The notes: a model not told the origin generated them from the letters alone. Positions 49,814 through 60,225 are shown, numbered from the stretch's first letter. The stretch: 64,000 nt of DNA from a virus (IMGVR_UViG_3300033489_000001:190023-254022), one strand, 5' to 3'. Numbers and translations: made by a program.

Positions 49814-52800
49814 TTGTGCTTAATGAGTAAATCAACGCGAGAGCTTATGCTTGAGTCCGAAACGACGGCTTTACGTCAATACATTGCGAGGTGCGTGGCA
49901 TGTCCTGATGATAACCCACGATCTTTATCTAAGAGAATTGATCAATTGCTTGCAGCAGAACGTGAGCGGGATCAGTTGAAGATAGAAGTGAAAAATTTAC
50001 AGGAAAAGCTTAGAATAAAAAATCTCACTAAGTAAGGGAATGTTATGAGATTTGATGGACTTGACAAAATAAAGGATATGTCTTTGGAAGAAGCGAACGA
50101 GTGGCTTCTCAAGGATATGCAGAAAATGACTAGGCAAACTGTTATTCTTGCCTTCTTTGGGATCTTGGCGTTAGTATTAGTGCTCGCTTTTGCGGGCCAA
50201 TGACCAGGGATCAGCATGAAAATTGGAACGAAGTCCCTGCTATTTGGAGTTCACCAAGTACTCTTGCACCCTCTGATGGTTGCATGGGCTTGGAAGAAAC
50301 TTTACGGATTCCCTTGGGACTTTCGTCTATGGGTTTGTTTCATCGTTCATGATTGGGGTTATTGGGGGGCTCCTGAAATGGACGGGCCAATTGGAGATCA
50401 ACATCCTAGACTTGGTGCCCAAATTGTTCATAAACTTTTAGACAGAAACAATAAGTGGGATTGGTATAACTTGTGTATCCACCATTCTAGGTTCCTCGCT
50501 GCTAAAAGCGGAAATCTCCCCTCACGCCTTTGTATGGCCGATAAGCTATCCGTGACATTAGAACCCTGGTGGTTTTATTTACCCCGTGCTTGGGCTTCCG
50601 GAGAGTTGAAAGAGTATATGAACTCCTCAAAGCCTGAGGGAAAACACGGGCACCTGAAACTAAAAACTGATACTTCAAAAGGGTGGTATCAATCTTTTCA
50701 AGTGTCTATGCAAAAGTACGTTGGCGGGCATAAGGATGGTCAAAAAGATTTGATTACACCGGTTAAATAAAGTAATATGGCGCGAATACTTGTTTACTCC
50801 ATACTCCTAAGTACCCCTTTCCTCTTTTGGGGTCTTAATCGATGTTTGACTAAATTTATGTGTATGAACCGTTCGGAATTTTTAGAGTATAGGAGAGGTG
50901 TAATAGAATGGGCAAGAAAGAAGAAATCCTTTCTAACACCGGCTTGGGAGAAGATGCGAGACGTTGGGGCGGATACCCAAAAAGCGCTTGGGGTAAAGAT
51001 TCCTATGCCGTGGTAGTTTCTGACAGTAGAAGGATGATTGTCTTATATACCGGCGGGCCAGCCATAAAGATGGAGCTGGACGAGTCAGGTATGGCCCCGG
51101 AAGACATTTTGCCTATAGAAGGAGCAGGGGACGGAATATCCGTTTGGGTTGGTAAAGCTAAATGGGAGCCGGGGCCGTATGACTGCACAGAGGATGGTGA
51201 GACAATTCTTGACGGGGAGTTTCGTGATCCAACGGACCAGGAGTGGGAGTACATTCGTAAAGGCGAGTCCCCTTGGAACGAAGCCGATTGGGGTTGGGTT
51301 GAAGAAGAGGTTTTGGAGATAAGTGCTCGCCCGTTGATCAAAGCTTGAAGTAGGATTCAATTTATTACCACACCGGAATAAGGTAGGATTCAATTTAAAA
51401 CTTGAATTATTCTTTCCTCCGGTGTAGTAATAGATATGGACGCAACAACATTATTAGCCCTTGAAAGAGTCACAAAACAAGCTGCTAAAGCTGCTAAAGC
51501 TCGTGAAGAAGTAGCTGCGGGGGACTACAAGTTCGACACCGTTTTGACCTTCAACTTGAAGGGCGAACTTCGGGTTGCGGAAGATTTTGAGTGGACACCC
51601 ACGGTATCAATTCCAATAAAAGAGACGTTAGCTCTCTTCATGCGTTATTGTGGAGCCACCCGTGAAGCGGCGATGGCGGGCCTGATGCGGGCCATGAAAG
51701 AGGCACATGAACTTGAAGAAAAAGGGGAAACGTGTATTGCCGAGCTTGCCGACCTGAAAGAGATGGAAAAGCAGGTAGTAGAGAGCTTAGGGCAACTTCC
51801 GAAAGAGCTTAAGAAGGGTGCGGTAACCGGCAAATTAACGCTTACCGAGATTGTGTCAACGCCCCCGATGGAAACCGAAGTGAAAAAGGCGGCGTAGTTC
51901 TTCTTAGGAAGGGGAGAAAAGCACATGGCAAAAGTGGTACAATACATGCAATCAGTCACGGAAGAAGTGACCGTACGGGCCGGAATGCGAGAAATGATCA
52001 TCCGATCCACACGGACGGAGACCGTGGCTTTCCTAACGGATGGGATTGAGACCCTTGAACTCGTAACCGCCTCCAAAGGTGCTATTGGCTACGGTACAGT
52101 GTCACTTCTCGCCAGCGAGACGGTCCCACGCCTTTTACTTACGGCCTAGGTTTGATGCTTACAAAAAATAAAAGGATGGGACGTCCAATCAAAGGAGAAG
52201 CCGCCGCAACGGAAATGGTGCGGATACGGTTACCTCACAGAATCAAAACTCTTTGGCAGCAAGCGGCGGCGGCACGTGGTTTAACCCTGACCGATCTTAT
52301 TGCTTTGGGAGTGCAGAATTTACAGCGTGACAAGAAAGGAAGTTATGGCAAAACGTAATGCAGAACCAAGAGTTAGGTTAGGTAAAGGCGAAAGTGTTGT
52401 TACAGCATTTGCTTACCCCTGTGATGGGCCGGGATGGGCTAATAATCCGGTAGTCGTAATCATTCGAGAGGTTGACAAAAAGCTGCGGGAAGAGATGATG
52501 CAACCCTCGGAACTCTCACGAGAGATGGTCCTTCTTTACGGGATTAGTCATGCCGTCCATTCGGCCATGACTAATGAAGCCCATAAGAAACTGACCGAGC
52601 CCGCCAGTGTAAAGCTTGTCAAAAAGAGCAGATGAAGTGTAAGGCCAAGAATTGAGTTCTTGGAAAAGATAAGGAAAGACGTCCAAAAAATAAACTAAGG
52701 AGTCAATCGATGGAGATCCCGATCAAAGAACTTAGAGGTAAGCCTTTTGCTAAAGCGGGCACCGTGGATATGGAAGCCATGACGGCGGAGTTCAAAAAGC

Positions 52801-53084
52801 TGTTCATCGCGGCTGTTGAAAAAGCTTATCCAGAGTATATCATAAGGTTTAAGCCAAAAGAAAAACCTGCTGAGTTAGAACTCAAAGACGTTCCTAATAA
52901 AGACGCCCTCATGGAGTGGTTTGGCAATCAGGTTTTTCGGCTAGATCATGGAACTTCGGTAAATTCTTCTATACAAGACAATAATGGGAGAATTAATGCT
53001 CTTTTTTGGACAACTCAGATAAACGAAATCGCCGAACAAGTTTTTAGTGGGATAGACTACGATAAATTTTATTTGGAGCCCTAG
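49814..53084 (+). other. Hypothetical CDSs (49814-50035, 50216-50770, 50777-51016, 50908-51348, 51436-51897, 51925-52149, 52152-52358, 52300-52635, 52710-53084)
   Basis: 50216 has an HD-like VHDWGY motif; 52152 looks ribbon-helix-helix-like (VRIRLP..WQQAAAARGLTLTDLI). Confidence 0.6.
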
Positions 53085-53236
53085 ACCTTTTCTTGTAAAC
53101 GGTGTATCATAAGACTTCGGGTAGTTCTCATTTTCATTTGATTGTCAATTGCGGTCCCCAGGCTTCCTTTCTCTTGGGGACCGCCTCCTTTAAAAATCAT
53201 TATTTTTGGTGGCGCTGAGTTGTTTCTCTTGCCCCA

Positions 53237-53266
53237 AAAGTTAGCTCGCCATCTTCAAGAGCGAGA
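53237..53266 (+). repeat. 30-nt element repeated at 59980-60009 (29/30 identical)
   Basis: AAAGTTAGCTCGCCATCTTYAAGAGCGAGA; both copies sit just upstream of a start codon. Confidence 0.85.
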
Positions 53267-53280
53267 TAGAAGTATGTAGT

Positions 53281-53697
53281 ATGAAAATTCTCGTGATTGA
53301 CGATGTTCAGCTAATACGGGAATGGTTTTTAGACGTTCTCGAACCGTTAGGCCATGAAGTTCGGCTGGTGGCGGATGCCGAGTCAGCTCTTGACCAATTC
53401 CATGAGACAAGGTTCGACCTGGCTTTTTTCGATCACGACCTTAGTGGCAAAATGAACGGATCACAGCTTGCTAGTCAGATTTTAGAGCACCCCAAAAAGT
53501 ATAAGCGTCCACGTCTTGTTTGGGTTCACTCTCACAACCTTAACGGGGCTCTTAACATCGAAGCCAAATTTAAAGCCGCCGGAATTGAATGCTGGTTAGA
53601 GCAATACATCCATTGCATCGGCTACAAGCAAGATTTCAAGAACACGGTTGAAGCGCTCCTAGAGGGCAAGCCCATACCGTCAAGAGAGTTCAGATAA
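53281..53697 (+). CDS. Receiver-fold protein, cyclic-phosphate-processing (cREC) type
   Basis: VIDD, FDHDLSG, VHSHNLNGA (DHDL and HSxN signature). Confidence 0.7.
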   Translation: MKILVIDDVQLIREWFLDVLEPLGHEVRLVADAESALDQFHETRFDLAFFDHDLSGKMNGSQLASQILEHPKKYKRPRLVWVHSHNLNGALNIEAKFKAAGIECWLEQYIHCIGYKQDFKNTVEALLEGKPIPSREFR

Positions 53698-54540
53698 TTC
53701 TTGAATTCTTCCTACCTCCGGTGTAGTAATAGATATGGAACAAGCTCGTATTAGTACCGCCGATCTAAAGGTACAGATGGCCAACTACTTCAGCGCGAGA
53801 GTTGAGGAATTACACAGCCTTTCCTACGAGGACATAATGAGGCTGATTCCTCCGGCGTGGGTAGGGTTACGAGAGAGGATCGTGAAAAGGCATAAAACTT
53901 CGCCTAATTTTTGGCAAATCGTTTGAAAAGAATCTATGTATAAGATTGAAAAGCCCTGCTTTTTCTTAGTGCGTTCAACTATAGAAACCTGCCCAGATAT
54001 TGCGGGTCCGAATTGTAAATTTCTTACTACCGCTCCACATTGGAGTGAGTGCTGCTTCGGAGGGAGTAGTGCATATCTTGTTGATTATAAGAAACGACAA
54101 GCTGCCACTGTTCGGCGAGAGGCTAAAAAAGGAGCATCTAAATGAACGATTATAGTGTAAAAAGAGGTACCTCCAGGAGAAAAAAGCCGGTTCCAAACAT
54201 TTTGATGTACCACTTGCCCAATCGTCACGCTAAGGATGACGATAAGCAAGTTGAATGCGGTACAGAATCCTGGCCCACAGAAGTAACTTGTCCTGATTGT
54301 AAGAAGAGTCACATACGTTGGGCGGAAGACGGATATGTACCGGGACATCGTATTTGCCCCGTGTGCGGATCTCATTGGTCTCTTGAAGCTCCGGCCTCAC
54401 CGGGTGGCCAATGGATTCTTAGACGTGCAAGATTTTACAGCTAAAACGAAATGTCCGATGCGGTGGGAAACCTGGGCCTCTATTCGCTCTACAAATAACG
54501 AAAAACTTGAATTTTATCCTTCTCCGGTGTAGTAGTAGAT

Positions 54541-54921
54541 ATGGAAGCTATACTGGAGAAAGAAATGATCACCGCTGAGACCTGCTTGACTTGTGGGGCA
54601 TGTTGCATTCCATATGAAGAAGAGACTTTCGTTGATCTCCTCTCGGAAGACTTAGAGAGGCTAGGGCCGGAAGTGGCCCGCCGATTGGTAGAAGAAGAGG
54701 CTCTAAAGATTAAAAAGATCCATCCCACTAAGGGACTTCTCAATAAATGCACCGTTTGCGTTTGCATCGCCCTTAGAGGAAATCCTTTCCACAAAGTTCG
54801 GTGCTCCATCTACCAAGTCCGGCCTCAGGCTTGCCGGGACGCAGTCAAACCCGGCACCCGGATATGCCGCAACGTACGAAGCCATTACGAGCGGGTAGTT
54901 AGGAATTTTGAAGAAGATTAA
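54541..54921 (+). CDS. YkgJ-family Cys-cluster protein
   Basis: CLTCGACC, C..L.G...VRCSIY..RPQACR. Confidence 0.8.
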   Translation: MEAILEKEMITAETCLTCGACCIPYEEETFVDLLSEDLERLGPEVARRLVEEEALKIKKIHPTKGLLNKCTVCVCIALRGNPFHKVRCSIYQVRPQACRDAVKPGTRICRNVRSHYERVVRNFEED

Positions 54922-55802
54922 GAAAGATCTTGAATTAGTTCTTTCCCCGGTGTAGTAATAAATAGAAGATGATCAGGCCCCATATATCCCCCCGAATTGA
55001 TTGCATGAATGCAAAGGGAAGCCTTTGTTCGGCCGAACGAAGCCTTTTGGCGTTATGCAAAGTCCATTCGGGGATTGTCACTGGGGCCGCCTTATCCCGT
55101 CCGTAGCTCAGAGGCAGAGCGCCATTCTAGATGGAGACGTGGTCCCGAACACCACCAGATGGGCCGCATGAAAAACTTCTACTCAGAAGGGGAGGCGCTA
55201 GGTAAAAAAGGTAAGAGGGATATCTCTTGCTTTGCCTTAAAGGGGCTTATCAGCCCCTCCCCTTGTGGGTAGAAACAATGAAATGAGGATAAAATGGAAG
55301 AACGCCCGATAAAGGTAGAGCTGTCTAGCGCCCTTTATTCCATGCTGGCCCTGATCACCTTCTGGCTGTTTATAATTATGTTAAATATAAGCAGCTTACC
55401 CAAAGACATTCAGGTAGCTAACCCGGCTTGTGTCTGTGCCCTAGGAAAGAAGTGAAGCAACTTCCGACGCAAACGGCGGAAGTCTAAAGGACCGAAGGAC
55501 TCCATTAATTTTATGGCAAAAAAGCAGATAGCTAAGAAGATGATTATATCCCTTAAGAGCATACAAGCATGGCGAGAGGTTCTAGGACTCGGTGGTTGGT
55601 CTCACGCTGACATAGAGCGGATTGATTGGATGCTCGAGACAATCAAAGCGCAGCGGATTGAACTGGACGAGGTGAAAAAAGAGTTAAGGGAAGTGGTATA
55701 TAAGATAGGGGATAAAGGGATCGGGTCTTATTAGGCGGGGACCTAAAACTTTTGTAACTTAGGCTAAGAGTCGGGGTAGATCTTTCTTAGCCCAAGGTGT
55801 AA

Positions 55803-56564
55803 ATGGACAACTCGCAGTTATCTAAAGGTTATTTGGCTATAGACGTTACGGCCTTAGCCCTGGAAGAGCAGTTAGACGATATTGGGAAGGCTGCGGAGTT
55901 CACAGGATGGCCTAGTTGTGTGAAAATAAAATTTGATGAGGAGCGTTCCCGCTTCGTGCTCTATACTGAGAATGCCGAGACAGTTTTAAACTACACGTCA
56001 GATGGCAAGGTGGCTGTCCCATTATATGACCGCCGATGGTTCGAGGGCTGCATTTTTGGGGAAATGGAAGTGGTAGGCAAAAGGTTAGGCGATGATGAAA
56101 CATTCGAAATAGTGAAGGATCTTTCATACAACCGTCCTTTGCCCATTCATTCGTTCGCTTTCAACATCGAAGACAGTCAGGTTGTGCCAACCAAGGTGTT
56201 GTTCTTTTATAAAGCCCTGACCCGGCAGTTGATTCGCTTGCATTTAGGCAGAAACACCACAGTGGATTTCCCTGGGGACCCTTTCTTATATACTGACCGG
56301 GGATGGCAGCGTGCGAGCGCCACGGCTGGTCGTTCCTTACGCCTGGTATCTGATATGGCTTTATGGAGAGCAGCCAACCCAAAGGCAAGTAGACGGGATT
56401 ACTGCCCCGTGGAGCGGGTGGAAGCCATCCGCTCCAAAGATGTCCGGGAGATGTTTAGCTTTAGCTTCGATCCGAAAGATGCCGATGGTCTTCTCATAGC
56501 CATTCCAGGACCAAAAGGTCAAAAAGACCTGGCTGTGATAAAGCTTGCAGGGCGCAATTTGTGA
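55803..56564 (+). CDS. Protein with a degenerate Hint (intein-like) domain
   Basis: EG|CIFGEMEV (block A-like), PFLYTDRGWQRA (block B-like, His missing), VERVE...MFSF (block F-like), ends GRNL. Confidence 0.5.
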   Translation: MDNSQLSKGYLAIDVTALALEEQLDDIGKAAEFTGWPSCVKIKFDEERSRFVLYTENAETVLNYTSDGKVAVPLYDRRWFEGCIFGEMEVVGKRLGDDETFEIVKDLSYNRPLPIHSFAFNIEDSQVVPTKVLFFYKALTRQLIRLHLGRNTTVDFPGDPFLYTDRGWQRASATAGRSLRLVSDMALWRAANPKASRRDYCPVERVEAIRSKDVREMFSFSFDPKDADGLLIAIPGPKGQKDLAVIKLAGRNL

Positions 56565-56908
56565 AACTAAAACTTGAACTAATCCCGCTTCCAGTGTAGT
56601 AATAGATATGGACGCTGCTGACAATTATAAAAACCGTCTGATTGAAAGTGGGGACCTAAACGGGGCCATTCATTTCTGTGTGAACAATATGAAACGCGAT
56701 TATGCCGCTGCCCGTGAAGAGGTCTATAAAGCCCACTACGCGGGGAAGGGTTTACCTAGGCCTACTGAAAAGTACGTTGGTTATTAGTCCCACTCATTAA
56801 GTAGGTGGGCTTACTTTAATTGATGACTCATTCTGTAAAAGAAGATAAGGCATCAATTAGGTAGTATTGTTCAAAAAGAATGAAAGTCAAAAAGCAAGCG
56901 GAGTAAAG

Positions 56909-57250
56909 ATGGAGCAAGCGGTTCTTATATCGGTCTTCGATCTTGCGGGGCCGGAATGCTGGATGGACACTGACGGGCAACTCCTTTATGATAAGTTCGT
57001 TCCACTGCTTCGGGAAGGGAAAAAGGTAGCCCTGTCTTTTAAGTACGTGGAGATGATCACCCCCACGTTTCTCAATGCCGCCATTGGCCAGCTTTACAGT
57101 GAATTCACCGAGGAGCAGATTCGTGAGCTGTTATCGGTAACAGACTTGGGGCCGGAAGACCTGGCTGACCTAAAGAAGGTTGTGGATAACGCTAAGAGGT
57201 ACTTCGCCAGCAAAGATAAAAAATCTTGTGCTTTTTCTATTGACAAGTAG
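56909..57250 (+). CDS. STAS-like (DUF4325-type) protein
   Basis: DGQLLY..L.EG.KV.LSF..VE.ITPTFLNAAIGQLY. Confidence 0.8.
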   Translation: MEQAVLISVFDLAGPECWMDTDGQLLYDKFVPLLREGKKVALSFKYVEMITPTFLNAAIGQLYSEFTEEQIRELLSVTDLGPEDLADLKKVVDNAKRYFASKDKKSCAFSIDK

Positions 57251-57279
57251 AAAGCGTTACGTCAGACTGAATCAATAAT

Positions 57280-57399
57280 ATGCGCACCCAGCTCACAACG
57301 ACCCTGACCGTGACTACAGCAACCCGCTGTACGGTCGTCGTATGCGCTGCGGCTGCCGCTACAGGTACCGGGCCTCTGGCTGCAATCATCTGGCGATAA
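57280..57399 (+). CDS. Leader peptide 3 MRTQLTTTLTVTTATRCTVVVCAAAAATGTGPLAAIIWR upstream of the Trp/Cys/Gly/Val/Ala/Thr tRNA cluster
   Basis: Follows TTGACA(57240)-N17-CAGACT; 28 of 39 residues are T, A, V, C, G or W. Confidence 0.82.
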   Translation: MRTQLTTTLTVTTATRCTVVVCAAAAATGTGPLAAIIWR

Positions 57400-57417
57400 T
57401 CCCAAGCCAGAATAGAT

Positions 57418-57488
57418 AGGCCAGAGGCGTTGGTTGCCGAGCAGACTCCAAATCTGCTGTGGACAGAGTTCGATTCTCTGCTGGCCTG
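57418..57488 (+). tRNA. tRNA-Trp(CCA)
   Basis: GCAGA-CTCCAAA-TCTGC. Confidence 0.9.
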
Positions 57489-57714
57489 CTAGCAGGGGTT
57501 GAACCATCGAATTGAAGGTGATGGAAGTGAGCATGAGCCCTAACGATCAACAGAAAATAGACTGTTCCTGGTATGAATGGCTCTCTGATTTATCACCCTT
57601 ATTTAAGCTCGCTATAGCTCTAGGGCTGGTTGCATTTACCGTATGGATGGCTTGGAGGCACTTATGAACAAACGAACGACTGGACCGTTGTGTAGAAGCT
57701 CTCGGATGGTTTTT

Positions 57715-57783
57715 GTCCCAGTCCATCCGGGATGGAAACGAGCTGCAAACTCGTTGAGATGGGTCCGACTCCCATCTGGGGCT
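57715..57783 (+). tRNA. tRNA-Cys(GCA), atypical D and T loops
   Basis: ACGAG-CTGCAAA-CTCGT; T loop TCCGACT. Confidence 0.82.
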
Positions 57784-57788
57784 CAAAT

Positions 57789-57859
57789 GCGAGTGTGATG
57801 CAACGGTAGCATGTCTCTTTGCCATGGAGGAAATTCGGGTTCGAACCCCGACGCTCGCA
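57789..57859 (+). tRNA. tRNA-Gly(GCC)
   Basis: Loop TTGCCAT. Confidence 0.9.
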
Positions 57860-57867
57860 CTGAATTT

Positions 57868-57939
57868 AGCGGCTGGGCCGGACGGTAAGGCGTCTCTTTT
57901 ACAAGGAGAAAAATATAGGTTCAACTCCTATAGCCGCTA
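57868..57939 (+). tRNA. tRNA-Val(TAC)
   Basis: Loop TTTACAA. Confidence 0.88.
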
Positions 57940-57982
57940 CTAGAGAAATGAGGTGGGCAAGAAAACAACAAAGATTGAAATT

Positions 57983-58055
57983 GGGGATGTAGCTCAGTCG
58001 GGAGAGCGCTGGTCCTGCAAACCGGAAGCCGCTGGTTCGATTCCAGTCATCTCCA
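57983..58055 (+). tRNA. tRNA-Ala(TGC), C33
   Basis: G3-U70; loop CCTGCAA. Confidence 0.93.
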
Positions 58056-58088
58056 CCGTAAAGAAGAAAGTTGAGGAAGTCATGTTTT

Positions 58089-58158
58089 GGGATCGTAGCT
58101 CAATTGGGAGAGCATCCGGTTCGCATCCGGGTTGTGGGATCGTTTCCCACCGGTTCCA
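58089..58158 (+). tRNA. tRNA-Ala(CGC), atypical T loop
   Basis: G3-U70; loop TTCGCAT; T loop ATCGTTT; very short variable region. Confidence 0.75.
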
Positions 58159-58208
58159 CTACTCAAGCACTACGCCGGGGACAAACGCACGGGTAACGCC
58201 CGTTTCCT

Positions 58209-58282
58209 GCCCCCGTAGCTCAATCTGGTAGAGCGCCTACCCCGTAAGTAGGATGTTGCAAGTTCAAGCCTTGTCGGGGGCT
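58209..58282 (+). tRNA. tRNA-Thr(CGT), C33
   Basis: CCTAC-CCCGTAA-GTAGG. Confidence 0.92.
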
Positions 58283-58289
58283 CTCCGAT

Positions 58290-58361
58290 GCCTCTGTCGC
58301 TCAGTGGTGGAGCACCTCTCTTGTAAGGAGGTTGACGTGGGTTCGATTCCCACCGGAGGCT
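58290..58361 (+). tRNA. tRNA-Thr(TGT)
   Basis: Loop CTTGTAA. Confidence 0.92.
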
Positions 58362-58365
58362 CTGT

Positions 58366-58439
58366 GCTGGCGTAGCTCAATGGTAGAGCCCCACCTCGGT
58401 AAGGTGGTGACGCAAGTTCGATCCTTGCTGCCAGCTCCA
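58366..58439 (+). tRNA. tRNA-Thr(GGT), C33
   Basis: CCACC-TCGGTAA-GGTGG; CCA. Confidence 0.93.
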
Positions 58440-58514
58440 TTTCGGTGTAGAAAGGGTCAAGAAAGATTTTTATGAGAAGGCAGGAGCAGGACCTCTCATG
58501 TTGGAGATCTAGCT

Positions 58515-59899
58515 ATGACTAATAATACAATTACAAATTGTGATGGCAAAGCTACTATTTACATCGAGTCTAAGTTCGAAACACATTGTCCATTATGCAA
58601 AGCTGAATATATAAACCACCAGCATCCTATGAAACCAGCAGGCGTTATAGGCTGGCGTAGTTGTAAATGTACATTTGAGACAAAAGAAGTTACACCAGGC
58701 GTATCTATCATTACACAAATTCCACCTAAAGCACCAGATACACAAGGATAAGGTCCTGCTACCGGCTCAAGTTGATTTCCAAAAATTCGGTGTAATACTT
58801 TAGCAATTACCTATGTTCATCACATTGACCAAAGATTTTTACGAAAAGGTTTACACCCTTCTAGTTGAACAAGCTTGTGCAGAACCCTCATATAAGGAAG
58901 ATTTCATCCGGTACTTCACAGACCCAAAGGAACATTTCCACACCTTGGAATGGCGGTTCCAGGGAAGGTTTGGTTTTGGGGGTAAATTCTGGCGTCAAAG
59001 CATAGGCCATAAAAGAGGGCCAGAGGGAGAAGGCGTTACTATTTACACGCACTATATCTCCTACTATCCCGAGAATTACACTAAAGAGTTAGATAAGCTG
59101 GCCACCGAAATTAACGAAAGTTTGATGAAGCTTACATGGGAAAATAAAATCGTTCGGATGGCGTTACTAGTCAAAGAGTAAGTATGGTCGAACGAGATCC
59201 TAACTCATTCCTTTTGTTGTTATAAATGTATTGACAGTGATTTTTAGATCACTGTCAATACCAAGAGAGCAATATCTGTTCAAAGAATTTCACTGGTTTC
59301 AATTACTGGTTTCAACCGCCTTCGATGATTAAAGTAGCTGAAACCTTTTTACTGCTTTTGCATTCAAAAGTCTTACTTAGAAAGATCGCAAGGGCAAGTC
59401 AAATTTTTAGGACGGACATCAATAAGGCCATCCGTCCGGTCCATGTCCAAAACGTCGCTTTGTTTTCGTTTCTAGCTAATATTGAAAAAGATCAAAATAG
59501 TGCTAAATAAGCATTATGAAAATGATGCTGTTAGGACTTGTGTTTCTTGCTGATGTGGCGTCCCCCGGTTCTTGCCTTTGTAATCGTAGTTCTGAAGAAG
59601 AGGAAGGCGTACCCGTTCCTGAATATACAGTAACTATCTCAATTCCCAGCTGTTCGTGCTTTAAAGATAATGCGGCTTGGGTTTATGTTTATAATGGAGA
59701 AGCCGGGGATTCCGAGCATTACAATCCAAGTTTTCAGACGATAGAGATCTTTTGCAATCAAAAATTATCAGGTGATGTTCAAGTCAAAGAAGGCCTTCAC
59801 GAAATTCAGGCTCTTACCTCCAAGGGTACTTATGCATCACGGGTTATCGAAGTAGTACCAGATGGGGGACCCCGCGAAGTAAACCTAACTTGTCCATAG
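58515..59899 (+). other. Hypothetical CDSs (58515-58751, 58813-59181, 59516-59899)
   Basis: ORF track; 59516 has a signal-peptide-like N-terminus. Confidence 0.55.
59229..59260. other. Perfect 13-bp inverted repeat containing TTGACA on both strands
   Basis: TATTGACAGTGAT-TTTTAG-ATCACTGTCAATA. Confidence 0.8.
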
Positions 59900-60032
59900 G
59901 TAGGTTTCTCAAAAAAATTGAGCTAAGCCAAAAAATTGATTGACAAGTCTTTGCTTTGGCTTCAAACTACTTGATAATCAAAGTTAGCTCGCCATCTTTA
60001 AGAGCGAGACAAACTGATCCTTTAGCCAACAT

Positions 60033-60092
60033 ATGTACCAACAACGACAACAGCGAGAGCAAGAACGGGAGCGACGCCAACAGCGTCGCTAA
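60033..60092 (+). CDS. Leader peptide 4 MYQQRQQREQERERRQQRR upstream of the Glu/Gln/Arg tRNA cluster
   Basis: 17 consecutive CAR/GAR/CGN codons; TTGACA at 59940 upstream. Confidence 0.85.
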   Translation: MYQQRQQREQERERRQQRR

Positions 60093-60106
60093 TACTCGTA
60101 GCTCAC

Positions 60107-60182
60107 GCACCTGTCGTCTAGTCTGGTTTAGGACACTGGCTTTTCACGCCAGCAAACACAAGTTCAAATCTTGTCGGGTGCG
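60107..60182 (+). tRNA. tRNA-Glu(TTC)
   Basis: CTGGC-TTTTCAC-GCCAG. Confidence 0.93.
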
Positions 60183-60189
60183 CCGGAAG

Positions 60190-60225
60190 GCTCCTATCGG
60201 CTAATCTGGTAGGCCGCTAGGAGCA
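60190..60225 (+). pseudogene. Internally deleted tRNA (acceptor stem plus D arm only)
   Basis: GCTCCTA-TC-GGCT-AATCTGGT-AGGCC-GC-TAGGAGC-A. Confidence 0.6.

Larger units (their letters stand above)
43142..56602 (+). promoter_or_regulatory. Recurrent promoter TTGA(A/T)Y-N17-TAGTAA, spacer ending CGGTG; -35 at 43142, 44081, 44337, 45402, 51402, 53701, 54507, 54930, 56574 (also 32522 on +, 11786 and 62740 on -)
   Basis: Exact 17-nt spacing in each copy; ATG usually 3-5 nt after TAGTAA(T). Confidence 0.85.

Noticed and set aside
51350-51398. 15-nt direct repeat GTAGGATTCAATTTA around a reversed promoter-like fragment
   Set aside because: Too short and isolated; probably a local duplication scar.
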